DNA of 63,861 nucleotides, filler included, from Sphacelaria rigidula (GCA_964200075.2; 5 parts of 5 records of this genome joined end to end with filler, not necessarily neighbours in it); one strand, 5' to 3'; positions 25,489-38,540 are shown, counted from the first letter of the whole stretch. The notes: generated by a model not told the origin, from the sequence alone. Numbers and translations: made by a program.

Positions 25489-25588
25489 NNNNNNNNNNNN
25501 NNNNNNNNNNNNNNNNNNNNNNNNNNNNNNNNTTAATTAATTAANNNNNNNNNNNNNNNNNNNNNNNNNNNNNNNNNNNNNNNNNNNN
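25489..25588. other. Artificial contig linker
   Basis: N44-TTAATTAATTAA-N44. Confidence 0.97.
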
Positions 25589-26603
25589 CCCCTCCCTTTC
25601 CCCTTTCTCCTTTTCCCTTCCCCCACTCCTTCCTTGCTCCGCTTGTTTGTTGGGCGGGGGGGCGGGGGGGGGGGAGGGCGGGGGGGAGGTATTGCTGATT
25701 GGGATAGTTGACCGTTGAACCAGTGAGCGCTCACGTGTTCAAACGTCAAATGTCCGCTTTAGGAATAAAATATATGCTGTATTGTAAGCCCGTAAGCCTC
25801 GCTGCTCACAATCCAACGCCCACTTCCAATCGATCATGGCGGTTCCGAACCCCATATCTTCTGTTCCTCAACCAAATATTCAACGTCTCGATCACTGATC
25901 GCTCACCATCTCGAAGGTCAAGTGTCTGTGTCACGAACAGGGGCGGGGGGACGGGGAGGGGGGGGGGACTCATGATCATTCGTGCCACAGTCATCACACC
26001 ATTGAGGGGGGGGACTGGGGGGACTGGGGGGGTTATATTTAAGCACGTTTTTCATATCATCGCAGTACGCTCAGACACCAGGTTATCTTGGATTTGTGAG
26101 CGTTTAATGGCGACACATGTATTCCTTGACCATGCGGGCTGTGAGTGTTCAGAGGCGCACATCACAAGGCGCCCAATTGATCCACATGCGCCCAGCGCCG
26201 TCCGCACAGACCCCTGGCACCGACGTTGTTTCATTTTCCTTCTTCAAAATTGTTTCTTGTTTTGTTCTTTCTTGTCCCTCCCTTTTTGTTTGAGACCGTC
26301 CATTTCTTTCTGTGCTTTTTTATTTCTGTACTTTTAATTCATTTTTGCTTTTGACGCCTCAGTCTACTACGTCGTTCTGTTCGATTTTTGATGTTCCTTC
26401 TCTTTCCTCAGCGGGTGTTTTAGTCTGGTTTTGTCTGCAGTACGTCTATCTTGCGACTACGGCTGGATCCCTTGGGGGTCAGTTCAAGTGTGTGTGTTGT
26501 GGTCCTACCTGTTCTGGACGCCGGTCTACACCTTTCGGTATATATGGGCGCGTCAGCCGGGGTCAAAGAAGTGCGACAACCAATCAATCAATCAATCAGC
26601 GTA

Positions 26604-26863
26604 TCACGCGTCGGACGAGTTAACGACTCGTCTAGAAATTACTTGATTTTAGTGTGATTGATTCGTACCGTACAAATCAATCCTTGGGCTTTGTTTCCGG
26701 CGTTGCAACTCGGGTACGCGCAGCCGAGGCACGTGGAATGGCGCAAAACTTGCATGGAGACCTTTTTGACCACTCGTAAACGTTTTTCTCTTTGTCGAGC
26801 AGGCAGGCCTGAAAAATCGTGGATTTGGTGAGTCGAACCGGGGATGATTCGTCCGAACCGTGA
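26604..26863. mobile_element. ~260-bp MITE; second copy at ~52575-52829
   Basis: Imperfect 17-bp TIR tcacgcgtcggacgagt / attcgtccgaaccgtga. Sits within an (AATC)n tract. Confidence 0.65.
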
Positions 26864-26899
<36 letters not shown>

Positions 26900-27423
26900 C
26901 GTCATACCAGCTTGCTTGAGCATAGGAAAACAAAAAAAGCAGGGCGTGCCCTACATATCAAGGTCTCGGGCGAACGCCAAAACCTTGGGCTAGTACTGTT
27001 GTTTGATTATTGATGTTGATTATTTTACATTAGTTGATTGCAACAATCCAGCCCGTGGTCAGGAGTAGCAAAACAAAAAAACATAATAGGAAGAAGAAGA
27101 GGAAAGAAGCAGAAAAAAAACAGAAGTAACAGCCACAGAAAGGTAATACCACCGATGCACTTCCATCGCATGTTACCGTGAAATCCGACTGGTCAATATC
27201 TCTTGATGCTGCTTTCTCGAGGCGATGATACTGATTTCTCTGCTCGCACGGACACCATTACTTGAGGCAAGGGCACAGTGAACGGTGAAGAATGAATGTC
27301 CATGTGCTCAGAACGCGCGGACGATAATATCCATATCCCGTTCGGCCTACTGTAAAGTACACCGTCGCGCAAAGTTTTGTCAACGTAGAACAGCACGTCC
27401 ACCGCTGGGCGCGCAACTCTCAG

Positions 27424-27555
27424 GGGGCTGTGTCTGATGAAGATGGGAAGAGGGGAAATAGCGTTGTCCGACTTCTCGAAAGCGTGCGAGCTGGAGCCTA
27501 CCGGAGCCATTTACCACTACCAGAAGGCTTCTCTGCTACACCATCACCTCGCCAG
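27424..27555 (+). CDS. TPR-repeat protein exon (gene 3, partial)
   Basis: tctcag|G acceptor and AG|gtatat donor. (R)GLCLMKMGRGEIALSDFSKACELEPTGAIYHYQKASLL fits the TPR consensus. This frame is not in the ORF track. Confidence 0.8.
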
Positions 27556-27870
27556 GTATATACAGTAGAGGAGTTGTTACATGAACATGTTTCCGCGCAT
27601 TCACCTCGGGGGTTTTCTGGGTTCTATCTTGTTAGCATAGCTGGGTTCGTAGTGAATTGCGCAGCATGTGCGGCAATGATTCAATTTGGACCCGTGACTT
27701 AATTAATCAATTCGAAGATTGTGTGTTTTTGTCACTTTCTCGGGTTTGCATTGCACGATCATGCTTTCCGTTTGTTTCATGTACGCCTATCTTGCCATCA
27801 CGGCTGAAGTTTCCGCCGATCATCCAGTGTACGACAGCTAATCAATCAACTAATTAGCCTAACAACTTAC

Positions 27871-27933
<63 letters not shown>

Positions 27934-27962
27934 CATCCACCCATCTATCAATCTATCAATCT
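27871..27962. repeat. (ATCT)n microsatellite
   Basis: Direct reading. Confidence 0.95.
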
Positions 27963-29207
27963 ACTTCCTCTGTCCCATAAGCAAAGGTCCTCATGGGGGG
28001 CAGATCAGATCTCGCCAATGGAGTTGCCTACGATGCTGAAGTTCGGTTTGCTGAATTCCTGTTGATATGGTGATGCCCAATATTAAAAAAATCCGACTCG
28101 GACTTACTGAGCATTAACGGGTCAAAAGTGGGAAACTTGGCGTTTTTTTGAGAACTTTTTGATGATGTTTTGGAGAATATTTTGGAGAATTTATGTTATT
28201 TACGACGTTTGGAGGCCCACCGCATCCCAAAATCACGATGGATACCACCCCCAAAACGTAAACGAGGCGCCGAAGTATCGTTGGGCCGCCGTTAGGCCAT
28301 GGCGGTGGAGATAGCGTTGGCCATTCCACTAGGCAAATCAAGGGTGCCCAAGGACACTCTAGCCCCCATCGCGGAGCGCTACGTTGTTGGCGCTGGCTAC
28401 CCAAAAAGATATTGTTCCGAGTGCAAAGCTAGGAAGTTTGGTAAAATATGATCAAGGGGCCTTTACAGGGGCCTGCCTGGGACTATCTAGCATCAAGCCC
28501 CAGTGACGGCGAGGACGACTAACGAAAATGTGTTTTTTGTTTATTTTCGACACTTTTTCGCTCCTGGAAAAGGGGCGGAATACGGCATTTTTGGGGTCGA
28601 CTGTTTTTTTTCCCGGCCGTTTATGGGTGCAGGGTGGTGCGTGCAAGAAAAAAAAGATGGGTTCCAACTGAAAGAACGCCGGAGATTTCAAAACAATTAC
28701 CGCCTACGGTGTCGGACACCGTTAAGGGTCTGCGGAAAAAGTTAGAACATTTATTTATGGGACAGAGGAAGAGGAAGTATATTTCTCTCTCTCTCTGTTT
28801 CTCTGTCCCTCTGTCTCTTCAATTTATGTATGTATGTATGTATGTATCCGTCCATCCATGCATGCATGCATACATGCATCAAACTCTTGTCAACCCCTTA
28901 CAGACTGACAGCCTGTCGATCCGAGAAAAACCACGTTGTGCACAATTTTCAGCCGTGGAGACAGTCTGCGCGCGTCTGCGAATCGAATAAATTGCCTGTG
29001 GTAGAGTGCACCCTTTGCGACGGAACCTAATTACACGTTCTGTACGAATCTCGAAGACCGTAAAACATGGAAGGGAGCAACGCTACGGTCCCACAGAACT
29101 TCCTGAACATCGCTGAGATTTGTTACCTTAGAGTGCTCTATGCAAAGAAAACAGGCGCAGAGTATCTTTCGGTTGGTGACGCGCTGCCGATGTGCGCTGT
29201 ACCGCAG

Positions 29208-29316
29208 GCCTGGTGAGGCAGCAGCATCCTACGGAGACTGCCTGGCCAACGTTGGGCCTGAAGATAGCGTCATGACGTTAAGGTCTCTCCATGCCAAAGG
29301 CGTCTGCTTGTTCGAG
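29208..29316 (+). CDS. TPR protein exon
   Basis: cgcag|G acceptor (phase 2, fits previous exon) and GAG|gtattt donor; PGEAAASYGDCL...SLHAKGVCLFE. Confidence 0.75.
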
Positions 29317-29358
29317 GTATTTCATATATATTTTTTGTCATGCTGAAGGATGGCATGC

Positions 29359-29463
29359 TGTGTGTGTGTTGTCGTCCCATCTATTCTGGACGCCGGTCTA
29401 CACCTTTTCGGTATACGTGGGGGCACCAGCCGGGGTCACACAGGAGGAAGGCCAACACAGGAG
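29359..29463. repeat. Short interspersed repeat; partial copy at 26489-26566
   Basis: Shared ttctggacgccggtctacacctttcggtata...cagccggggtca. Confidence 0.7.
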
Positions 29464-29619
29464 CTTTTTCTCTTTTGTTTGTTTCTAGCGCCCCACCTTC
29501 CCTCTGCGGTGCTTGCCGTTATTTTTTTATCGTGAGCGGGGCTCAGCAGTCCCTTTCCCTCGTCGATCGTTATGCCGAATTTGGTGTACCCACGATATAG
29601 TCCCTCTCCACTGTTGGGC

Positions 29620-29720
29620 ATGGTGTGAGAATAAATCCGAGATCGCTCCGAGGATTGAACCCACGACCCATCCGTCAGACGGTTTCGAGGTTATCAACTG
29701 AGCCACCGGGACAACCGACT
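29620..29720 (-). repeat. tRNA-derived SINE head
   Basis: Minus strand shows A box tggctcagttgat and B box gggttcaatcc. No complete cloverleaf. Confidence 0.5.
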
Positions 29721-29741
29721 CATACTGTAGGCAAATAATTT

Positions 29742-29888
29742 GTACGTAAATACGTACATACGTACATACGTACATACGTACATACGTACATACGTACACA
29801 CGTACATACGTACACACGTACATACGTACATACGTACATACATACATACATACATACATACATACATACATACATACATACATACATG
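29742..29888. repeat. (ACGTACAT)n/(ACAT)n compound microsatellite
   Basis: Direct reading. Confidence 0.95.
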
Positions 29889-31192
29889 CACGCACTCCAC
29901 GGTACAGCTGTGACCATCTGGAGATACAGAAACGAAAGTCGACACTTCATTTATTTGCAACAATTGCAAAAACGTTTTTTTTTACATTTGCGGGGGTGTA
30001 CTCATGACCTTGCTTGCCGAAGTCATCAGACCATTGACCTCACATCCCTACGAAGCCGGAACGGAGCACGCCGGGTTTTCGCCGGACAGGGGGGAGGAGG
30101 GGGAGGGTGTAGATAACCAGCAGCATTGTTGGTCACCGGTCATTCCGTTATTAACGGCATTATCCTCATCTTCAGATAGATGAGGCCCAGCCCTATGAGT
30201 GCGGCCGTTCGGAAAGCATTAATATTCCAAATTAACGTGGGCGGAAACAATTACAGCCTACTCTATCTCTCAGGGCAGGAAAGCAATCTACTTTCTAGTA
30301 TAGTAGTACATGTACAAGATGTACTATTTAATGATTGACTGACAGGGGTTTGTCGGCGGCGGTTTCTCCTTTCCTTTCTCCCTTTTTGTCCGTTGGTTGG
30401 TTTGTTTGTTTGTTTTGTTTATTTGTTCAGGTTTACACCGTTACTTTCTCTCCCTTCTTACCTTTTTTCACTTTCCCCCTTTCTCCGAGTTCCCTTCAGC
30501 AAGTGTTTCTGGTTAATCTACCCGGGGTACGTCGATCGAATGACCACGGCTGCGTTTGTGGCAGATTAATTAATTAATGTGCGACACTTAACCAACCAAC
30601 CAAGCAATCGACCCATCAATCAATATGTTCAAGATACGGCGGTGTACGGTGCAATATTTAGATGCCACAGAGGCGCTCAACATACCTGTGGGTGATAACA
30701 CGTACAGTAGATGAGCCAAAACTCCCGGTAGAGTTGGTCAGTTAGACGAAAACCTTGCATGTCTCCCGGCGACTGCGTTACTGCAGTTTCGGGCAGGGAC
30801 CGAACGGGCGCAAGTCTGTTTCAATGGCATGTTTTTTTTCTTCTTTTTATTGTCCAGATAATTAGTCAGTACCACAAACGCGAGTATTATTTGACCAAAA
30901 TGCGAGGCGTGTACCGGGGAGAGATGAGTTGATTCCTTGGGACCACGGACTCGTTCCGAGGAAGGGTAGGGGTTAAAAAAATGCGACAAATAAAAAATAA
31001 AACAATAAATAATAATAAATAAATAATAAATAACAATATTTTCTCCTGCTACCCGAGGGTACGGCATCCAAATCAGCCCGATGCGGAAGATCGGAAGGCA
31101 TGAATACTCAAAGCGAACAAGGGCAACAATAAACAATCTATACTGGTCTACTACTTGCTGTCGGATCGGCCATTTTGTGAAGAGGATCTTGG

Positions 31193-31449
31193 GAGTGATG
31201 CTACGGTAGGGACGCACAAATATTTTCTGAGCTTGGAATTGTTAGGCGCCCTTTATCTCATCCAAAACACGAGTTGTGAAATACGTGAGAGCACGCCAGG
31301 ATTACCATTCCAATGTGCTAGGGACATCCCAAATAAAATTTTCAAGCGGGGATGTCCTGACCCATATTCTTTTGCATCTAGAATCGTTAGGAGCCCCTGA
31401 ACCAGACAAGATTTTGCGAAAAAAGTGCACCCCTACCGTAGCATTGCTC
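31193..31449. mobile_element. 257-bp MITE with GAG termini (Sola2-like family)
   Basis: TIR GAGTGATGCTACGGTAGGG / CCCTACCGTAGCATTGCTC. Flanks ttgg / tttg. Confidence 0.85.
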
Positions 31450-32231
31450 TTTGACAAAATATCCCAATTCACCCCCGCGATTCACGGGGGACGTCGACAC
31501 GTCTGTCGCAAGCCCGGAAAACTCCCGGCGCCATGCACACGCACTTCAATGCAAGCATATATAGCAGTTAAAACTGATACGTGCGTAAGCCTGTGGAATA
31601 CGACTTTTCCCAAGAAGCGGAACGTATCGTCATTCTGCACATGCATGATATGGCTGTTCACTCTCTAAAAACATTCGCTGGTGGTGACCCTCGCAGTTCG
31701 TTCACCCCTGACAGAAGACACATCGGTTGGTTGTTTTTTTGGTTATCCAGCACGAATCAACTGATCCATCATGAAGTAGCAAAGCACGGACACACAAAAC
31801 AAGGACCGACCTCAGATAGACAGGTGAACGTCAGAAGCATTAGCTATGATAAGAAGGCTAAGGTGCAGCAAACATACATACTGTGTACTACTGTCCCCAC
31901 CACTGGTATCGCCGCGACAACGTTGCGGCTAAACCACCAGTATTATCGTTCAGTCCCATGAATTGGCGACCAGCTGTTCAAATTGACAGCTACCTCCGCT
32001 CATGCATGCATGTGCCCTCACTTTTTCGGCATGATCCTGGAGCGGCGATATCTTACAACTAGCCCCTGGTTGGCGAAACTCTCACATGAAGAAATACACG
32101 TCGAGGGCACCCGTAAAGGTTCAATATTTTTATGAACTGCCTTCTCTAGCTGAGACCGTTCCCCTCCGTGTATTCGATCACGCATCACGATCCCACAGTG
32201 ATGATCCCGTCATTGTTTTTGGTGCCCCCAG

Positions 32232-32330
32232 GACGGGAGAGCAGCCGAGGCCGTTGTGGACTTGTCCAAGGCAGTTCAGATGTCCAACTCGTCTACAGCC
32301 GCCCTGCACTACCTCTCGAAGGCGCTCAAG
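32232..32330 (+). CDS. TPR protein exon
   Basis: cccag|GAC acceptor and AAG|gtttgt donor; DGRAAEAVVDLSKAVQMSNSSTAALHYLSKALK. Confidence 0.75.
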
Positions 32331-33027
32331 GTTTGTGTCTCCTGTCTCATCTTCGATAGTCACTTTCGCAAATCAACTTTTTTTTTTTTTCCCGTCCTCA
32401 GTGCAACATGTCGAATCGTGTATATCTTGTCAACTCCGACGGTGTAGTTTCGAAAAACCGAACTATTAATAGTACGTATTACATTTTTTTAGTTGAATAC
32501 TTTGACTCTCAAGGAACCGACGTTTTGCGGGGTTAGTGTTGATCTTACTCGCTGGAACATGACCACCACTTCTTGGTCTGAGGACTAAGAAATAACTCCG
32601 TATACTGTGCGTACAGCACAGCGTCGCCGGTGGATTCTACTTCGTGTCGACTGAACGGAACTTCTGTCCGACGTTAACGGGACAGGCGTTGTTCTTATCC
32701 TTACTCTATATTTATCATCTTCCGATGTTACCGCGAACGCCATTGTTGTTTCTTCAACTTTTGCTTTTTAATTTTGTTGAACTCTTGACACCATTTCGAC
32801 TTTTACCATAGCGATAGCAATATTATGAACATTATGAAAAAGCTCTTCAACAGGTGCTTCTATCTCATGTAAGGATTAGTAGTGACGGTGCCGGAAAGGC
32901 GAGTCTACGTCCGTGATTACGGGTCCGATACATTTGGGCGAATGTGCGGATATAGTACTCGCCATGAGAAGATTTTGAAATCAGTATTACCGTTAGACGT
33001 TTTACATCTCCTAGCGCTTGTTTGCAG

Positions 33028-33188
33028 GCGGTGGGGAAAGAAGGGCGGTCATTGCGGGTTTTGACGACAGCCATCGACCAAGCCAACGCCGCCAACGCCG
33101 CCAACGCCGACAACCCGACTCCGACCGCGGACAGGGACGTGGAGGCGGACAACATGCACGAAATGTACTTCGACAGGGGCTCTTTAAG
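33028..33188 (+). CDS. TPR protein exon
   Basis: ttgcag|GCG acceptor and AG|gtgaat donor; AVGKEGRSLRVLTTAIDQ...MYFDRGSL. Confidence 0.7.
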
Positions 33189-33349
33189 GTGAATCGTCAA
33201 CGGTGGTTGAGTACGTTTTGGTTGATCGATCCATCGAAGTTTGTCGTGCCTCAACTGACCTGCCACGGATTCACTGATGCTGACAATGTACGCAGAGACA
33301 TTCGCTGAAGAAAACTCTCGAAAGGGTGGCGTACTTATTTGTTACTTGC

Positions 33350-33555
33350 CCTATAATGGGCATTTGACTGCTGACCACGCATTCCTTTCGAGACGGAGCA
33401 CCGTTCCTACCCCTGATAGAGCCATCTCCAACATTTGGGCACTCATTCCGTTTCTTCCATACATTACACAAGAACCTTTTACATATCTTATCCATTCTTG
33501 CTTCGCCGTCTGTGGCCACCATCTATCTCCTAGTATAGCGACCGTTTTTCGCCGC
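33350..33555 (-). mobile_element. Distal half of a LINE 3' fragment split by the Copia insertion
   Basis: KTVAILGDRWWPQTAKQE...NVWKKRNE continues the reading from 37575-38120. Confidence 0.7.
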
Positions 33556-33966
33556 TGTGCAAATAATGTATTGGGCAAAGATCTCATTCGTAGATTCTCG
33601 GGCATGTAGTCAACCAGCCTAGTGAGAGCCCATGCGGTTCAGTACAAAGTACCAACGGGAACGGTCCGGGAACTAGTACTGTATAGCCAGTGTTCAGTCG
33701 AGCCACAGCGGCTCCGCGGCTCTATAGTGTAAGCTCTATGTCGGGGCTTAGGGCTGAGATTCAGAGAGAGAAGGTTCAGATAAAGCTGTACACAAGCGGA
33801 TGACTTCTGAATAAATAGTGGAAAGCACGGCGATGCAGCGCCCCACTCGGGTCCGTCGTCTGCTCAACCCATCAAGATCTCTCGCGACAATTGCCTTGCT
33901 CCGCTACAAAACGGTGCACTGCGAGGAAGCGCGCCACGGACACATCAAACACCTCACAAGTGCGCA
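33556..33966 (+). repeat. Copia 5' LTR
   Basis: About 90% similar by eye to 37165-37574. Confidence 0.92.
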
Positions 33967-33980
33967 GGTAATGAGCCTCG
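33967..33980 (+). promoter_or_regulatory. Primer-binding site (half-tRNA-iMet type)
   Basis: GGTAATGAGCCTCG directly abuts the LTR and resembles the GGTTATGRGCCC PBS of copia-type elements. Confidence 0.65.
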
Positions 33981-34692
33981 GGGAGTATGGAGGTAGGCTC
34001 ACGCAAGTTGCCAGTCTAAACCGGCGCTCGTGGGCACGCGCGAGAAACATGGGACGCATGGAGACTCTCCATAGCTGGATACGCAGGGGGGAAGAGGCTA
34101 TACTCCCTGCCGCGATCGGGTTACACCACACCGGCCGTTCCGACAGCGACCACAACACTCGACCAGCGTAGGGTGTACGAAACGCACCGACGCAAAATAC
34201 AGTCCTTGTGGTTCCTCCTGGCACAGGCTACGAAAGGGTCAGCCGCAGCCATCGTCGCACGATGCGAACACGAAAAGACTGCGGGATCTCCAACGCAATT
34301 CTGCAGAACAATTAGCAGATTTCATGGTGAATCTGGACACCATCTGGAGGGGAATTCGAAGCGCTTGGAAAGGCCAAAGCCGACGAGACTAAGAGGGTAG
34401 CCCTTTTACTCGAGATCCAGGAGGTGCTTCGACAACTATTCATCCAGCTGACAACCCAGTCACGTATGACGTACGATGAGCTAAAACGGGCGGTCGTAGC
34501 ATGATCAGCACACCTAACGTCTGGCATGGAGCGCCGCGATGAGGCAGTAGCGTTCCAATCGAGAACCGGCGGCGACAAAACCGAGTCGGGGCTCGATAGC
34601 AATCAATGCGCCTACTGACTAAGGCGAAATCACAGGTGGCGGGAGTGTCGCTCTAACTTAACGGTAAACCTCCAGCTAAACGACCGCCGGGG

Positions 34693-36156
34693 ATGAGCCC
34701 CGCACGAACGTTTCCACCTCCTCCACGAAACGGCAGAAGCAATGGGACGAGGGACAGACCGCAGGCATTCATGACGATGAACGTGGTAGTCGAAGATGAG
34801 CGTGTGGTATTCATGTGCACGTCGACCAACAGTGACACAGAGGTATCGATTCTCTGCGACTCGGGAACGGATGTCCACATGCCTCCCTCGGAAAGGGATC
34901 TCAGGAATGTACGTACGGCTATTCGAAGCTGTACATCTGGCAACAAGGGGCAGCTGCAGGCACTGGCAATGGGAAAGATGCCATTGCGCGTGAGCGTTCG
35001 GGGAAGGGAGGCTCCGACAAAGATAACACTGAAGGACGTACTTTGGGTCCCTGGACTACCTTGCCGGCTGCTGAGTACTGGAACGATTCGACGTGACGGA
35101 GGAGAATTCATGGATTCCGGCAGGAAGGAGAGCTACCTTCGGTTAAAAAAAGATGGACCGAAGATTCCCCTAGCCGAGAGTAGAGGGTTTTTGACCCGTT
35201 CGGTATCGCTGCAGGGGGATGGCAATTATGCGCCGTCGGCGCACGCTTCGTTCGCAAACAAAAAGCAGCTTCTCACACTGAAGCAGTGGCACGACACCTC
35301 AGAAGATATCGATCCGTCTGCCATACAACACGTCGAGAAGCGTGGGCTAATCGATGGCACTGATACCACGGCGGTGTCCGAGATGCTCTGCGGCGCCTGC
35401 AAGAAATGCAAGTCCGAGGCGCTCAGCTACGGCCGCGGCGGCAGGAGTCCCGAAGCACCAGGTGAAGTTGTGCACACTGACCTTGAAGGGTATTTCCACG
35501 CCGATGTCACGGACATGAAATACGTTCAGGTTTTCGTGGACGAGGCCAGTCCAGACAAGCACGTTGTTGGACTCAAGACACGAGGTGCCGCCACTGACGC
35601 CACCGGAGCCTACATCGACGAAATGGCCCGTGGGGGAGTGGCCATCAAATACATCGGCGGAGACGGCGCTGGGGAACTTGGACGGTCAGTCAAATTTCAA
35701 CGCATGTTGACCAATCGCGGCATCAAGTGGCGCTGCTCACCGCCAAGGACACCGCGGAGTCATAGAATTGCTGAACGTGCAATTCAACAACTGGTGAGGA
35801 TAGCATGCAGCCAATTGGTGAAAACGGGACGCGAAGAGGACTACTGGTTTTTCGCTGTGGCGGATGCGGCACTCAAGACCCCAGGGATGCCCAACGAGTA
35901 CCTTGGGGGAGATACCCCATGTGAGAGGCTGGCAGGAAAACCTTTTAACTACGACCGGCTTCGTACTTGGGGATCCGAGTGTTTCGTGCATCAGCACGAG
36001 CAGCAGCGCGGCGCCGCTGCAAAGTTCCACCCACATGCGAAGCGGGGCATCGTGGTGGGGCACGATCGGTACTCTCTCTGCTGGTATGTGTGGCGGATAC
36101 ATCAAAGCTCGTTATTTGTTCACACATCACGGTTGAATCAGAGGCCAAGATCCTAG
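34693..36156 (+). pseudogene. Copia pol remnant: protease, GAG-pre-integrase, integrase core, SH3-like domain
   Basis: LCDSGTDVHM; WH...CGAC; VHTDL / GDGAGE / IAER (DDE); TWGSECFVH...AKRGIVVGHD. Broken gag zinc knuckle CAY*LRRNHRWREC just upstream. Confidence 0.9.
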
Positions 36157-37155
36157 ACATCGTGGGGGAGCTGACGGCTGTCAAACTTAGTGACGACGGG
36201 GGCGAACCATCGAAAGAAGAGAGCGCAGCACTAATCGACGGCGATGATGGCCCGGGTGGACAGCCACCGCAGGACCCCGACATGATCGAAGCGCTCTTCT
36301 CCGGACAGTGGACTGCGCAGGCCCAGTCGGCTAGCGCAACGGCACCGGGGGGACAACGCCCAGCAATGCTTTAGGAGTTCCGACGACAGCAGTTCTGGAC
36401 GGCAATTTCCTCGCCACCCTTCTACAAGATCAGGACAAAGGCGCATTCTGCATGCTCCGGGGTGGAATCGTCATGGACCGCAGGACTCGTCGACAGCAAA
36501 AGAAACCCTGTAACGACCTGATGTTGACAGATGGAAAGTGGCCATGGAAGAGGAAATCCAACGGAAGGACAACGAGCCTCAGAGCTGAGAGGTCGGTGAA
36601 CTGCTGGGACCACGGGTGCCGACGGTGGCGCCTGTAACACATGCGATTCCAAGCGCGGACGAGCGCTCCGAAGGCCCAAAGAAGGAGGCACCACGAACAA
36701 GGAGGAGCAATAGATCGGACTGGAGGATCAAGCCTTCTCAAACGGAGAGGACCGTGAACACGGCTGAGTCACCGAACCAACGGAGACGCTGGGCGGTAAC
36801 GAAGGGATGAAGCTCGAGACTAAATGCGTGCCGAGCGCGAACGGTTCTGCCCCTGACCAAGAAGAAAATAAACAGCCTGCAGCAAAGGAAGCGACAAAGG
36901 CGGTGGAGGGACCACCGGAAGGTGCGGGATGCATCCCACTCAAGGGCACCCTCGCACAAAGCCAACATACGTTCAAGTCGCCGTCCTCGACCCAGGATGT
37001 CGAAACGCAAGAGGCGGCGGGAGTCGGGACGAGTCCGGAGGGTCCAGGTCCACCACGTGACTTTAACGAGATTCGATAGAAAATGATTCATTTGTTTCGT
37101 ATTTAGCACGTTGGGGTTGATAGTACCAACTCTCTGGTGTTACCGCTGTACGATC

Positions 37156-37164
37156 AGGGGGGAG
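37156..37164 (+). promoter_or_regulatory. Copia polypurine tract
   Basis: AGGGGGGAG immediately before the TG of the 3' LTR. Confidence 0.8.
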
Positions 37165-37574
37165 TGTACATACTATGTAGTGGGCAAAGATCTCATTCGT
37201 AGATTCTCGGGCATGTAGTCAACCAGTCTGGTTAGAGCCCGTGCGGTTCAGTAGAAAGTACCAACGGGAACGGTCCGGGAACCAGTGCTGTAGCCAGTGT
37301 TCAGTCGAGCCACAGCGGCTCCGCGGCTCTATAGTGTAAGCTCTATAGTCGGGGCTTAGGGCTGAGATTCAGAGAGAGAAGGTTTAGATAAAGCTGCACA
37401 CAAGCGGGTGACGTCTGAATATGCAAGGAAAAGCACGGAGATGCAGCGCCCCACTCGGGTCCGTCGTCTGCTCAACCCATCAATATCTCTCACGACAATT
37501 GCCTTGCTCGGCTATAAAACGGTGTACTGCAAGGAAGCCCGCCACGGCCACACCAAACGCCTCACAAGTGCACA
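37165..37574 (+). repeat. Copia 3' LTR
   Basis: Direct repeat of 33556-33966. Confidence 0.92.
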
Positions 37575-38120
37575 GCCACTATCTAGTGTACCAAACGATT
37601 TCATGCCATCTTCGTTCACTTCCCACATATTCCCCTCTAACACGTCCCGTTCTCCCTTGTATAGATCACGTTCTTCCACTCTATGAGTTCTGCTCTCTAT
37701 TACTTTGCCACATGGGCAACTCTTTGCATCTACTGGTATGCTTCCTTCTTCTCTCCGGCAGGTCCAGCTCCCCAACCCAAAATCGCACTTTCACCTTTTG
37801 CACGTAGTTCATTGGGCCATGCAGATATGCTTTCATCTCTACTTCCTCTCTCAACCGCCCGTATATCTTCAGGTGCTCTTCCTCGTCTACTTTCCGTCTC
37901 AGCGCTTGTTTTCTCATTATTTTTGTATGTCTTTTACTTTTGCCTTGTACCCCCCACATTCACCTATGGACAGTATCTCGTCTTTCTTGCCTCCTACATC
38001 CTTCCATACTTCTCGACCACGCTATTTCACTTTATTTCAGCCCGTACTTTCGTAACTTTTTCCCATACAGTCCTTTCGATTATGGCTGGTAATCTCTTCT
38101 TGGCATGTTCCTTACGTAAA
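37575..38120 (-). mobile_element. LINE ORF2 C-terminal remnant (CCHC region)
   Basis: HLKIYGRLREE...YLHGPM...LDLPERR; CPCGKVIESRTH.VEE. Related tails at ~54600-54840, 55475-55690, 55895-55970 and 58800-58870. Confidence 0.7.
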
Positions 38121-38280
38121 AACTCTGCTCAAAGTTACCCCGCGCGCGCGGGGGTGGGGGGTGGGGGGTGGAGTGTACTCATGATCATGCATGCCATAAG
38201 TACACCCCAGGTGGGGGATGGGGTGTACTCATGATCATGCCTGCCATAGTCATCAGACCACTGACCTCGCATCCCTACAT

Positions 38281-38380
38281 NNNNNNNNNNNNNNNNNNNN
38301 NNNNNNNNNNNNNNNNNNNNNNNNTTAATTAATTAANNNNNNNNNNNNNNNNNNNNNNNNNNNNNNNNNNNNNNNNNNNN
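38281..38380. other. Artificial contig linker
   Basis: N44-TTAATTAATTAA-N44. Confidence 0.97.
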
Positions 38381-38540
38381 GGCATGCTCCGTCCCCGCTT
38401 TGTAGTGGCGGACCCCCGATGCGGTTGGCGGCGGTTGGCGATGACGATATAAAACACGCCACTCACTGCGTAAGCTAGGCAACCATTAGTTGCCGATTTG
38501 TTTTTGCGCGTCTGCGTTTTCATTTTCTGTGTCCATGATG

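Larger units (their letters stand above)
33556..37574 (+). mobile_element. Ty1/Copia LTR retrotransposon, 4019 bp, lacking RT and RNase H
   Basis: TG...CA LTRs at 33556-33966 and 37165-37574; TSD gccgc / gccac; PBS and PPT present; domain order protease then integrase. Confidence 0.92.

Noticed and set aside
28114-28725. piggyBac-like MITE bounded by TTAA-CGG ... CCG-TTAA
   Set aside because: The inverted match extends only about 3 bp beyond TTAA, which is insufficient.
29620-29720. Functional tRNA gene
   Set aside because: A and B boxes are present but no acceptor stem or cloverleaf could be drawn; treated as SINE-like. The same applies to 14260-14345 and ~23400-23495.
29527-29969. MYVC-repeat ORFs
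   Set aside because: Translations of a microsatellite.
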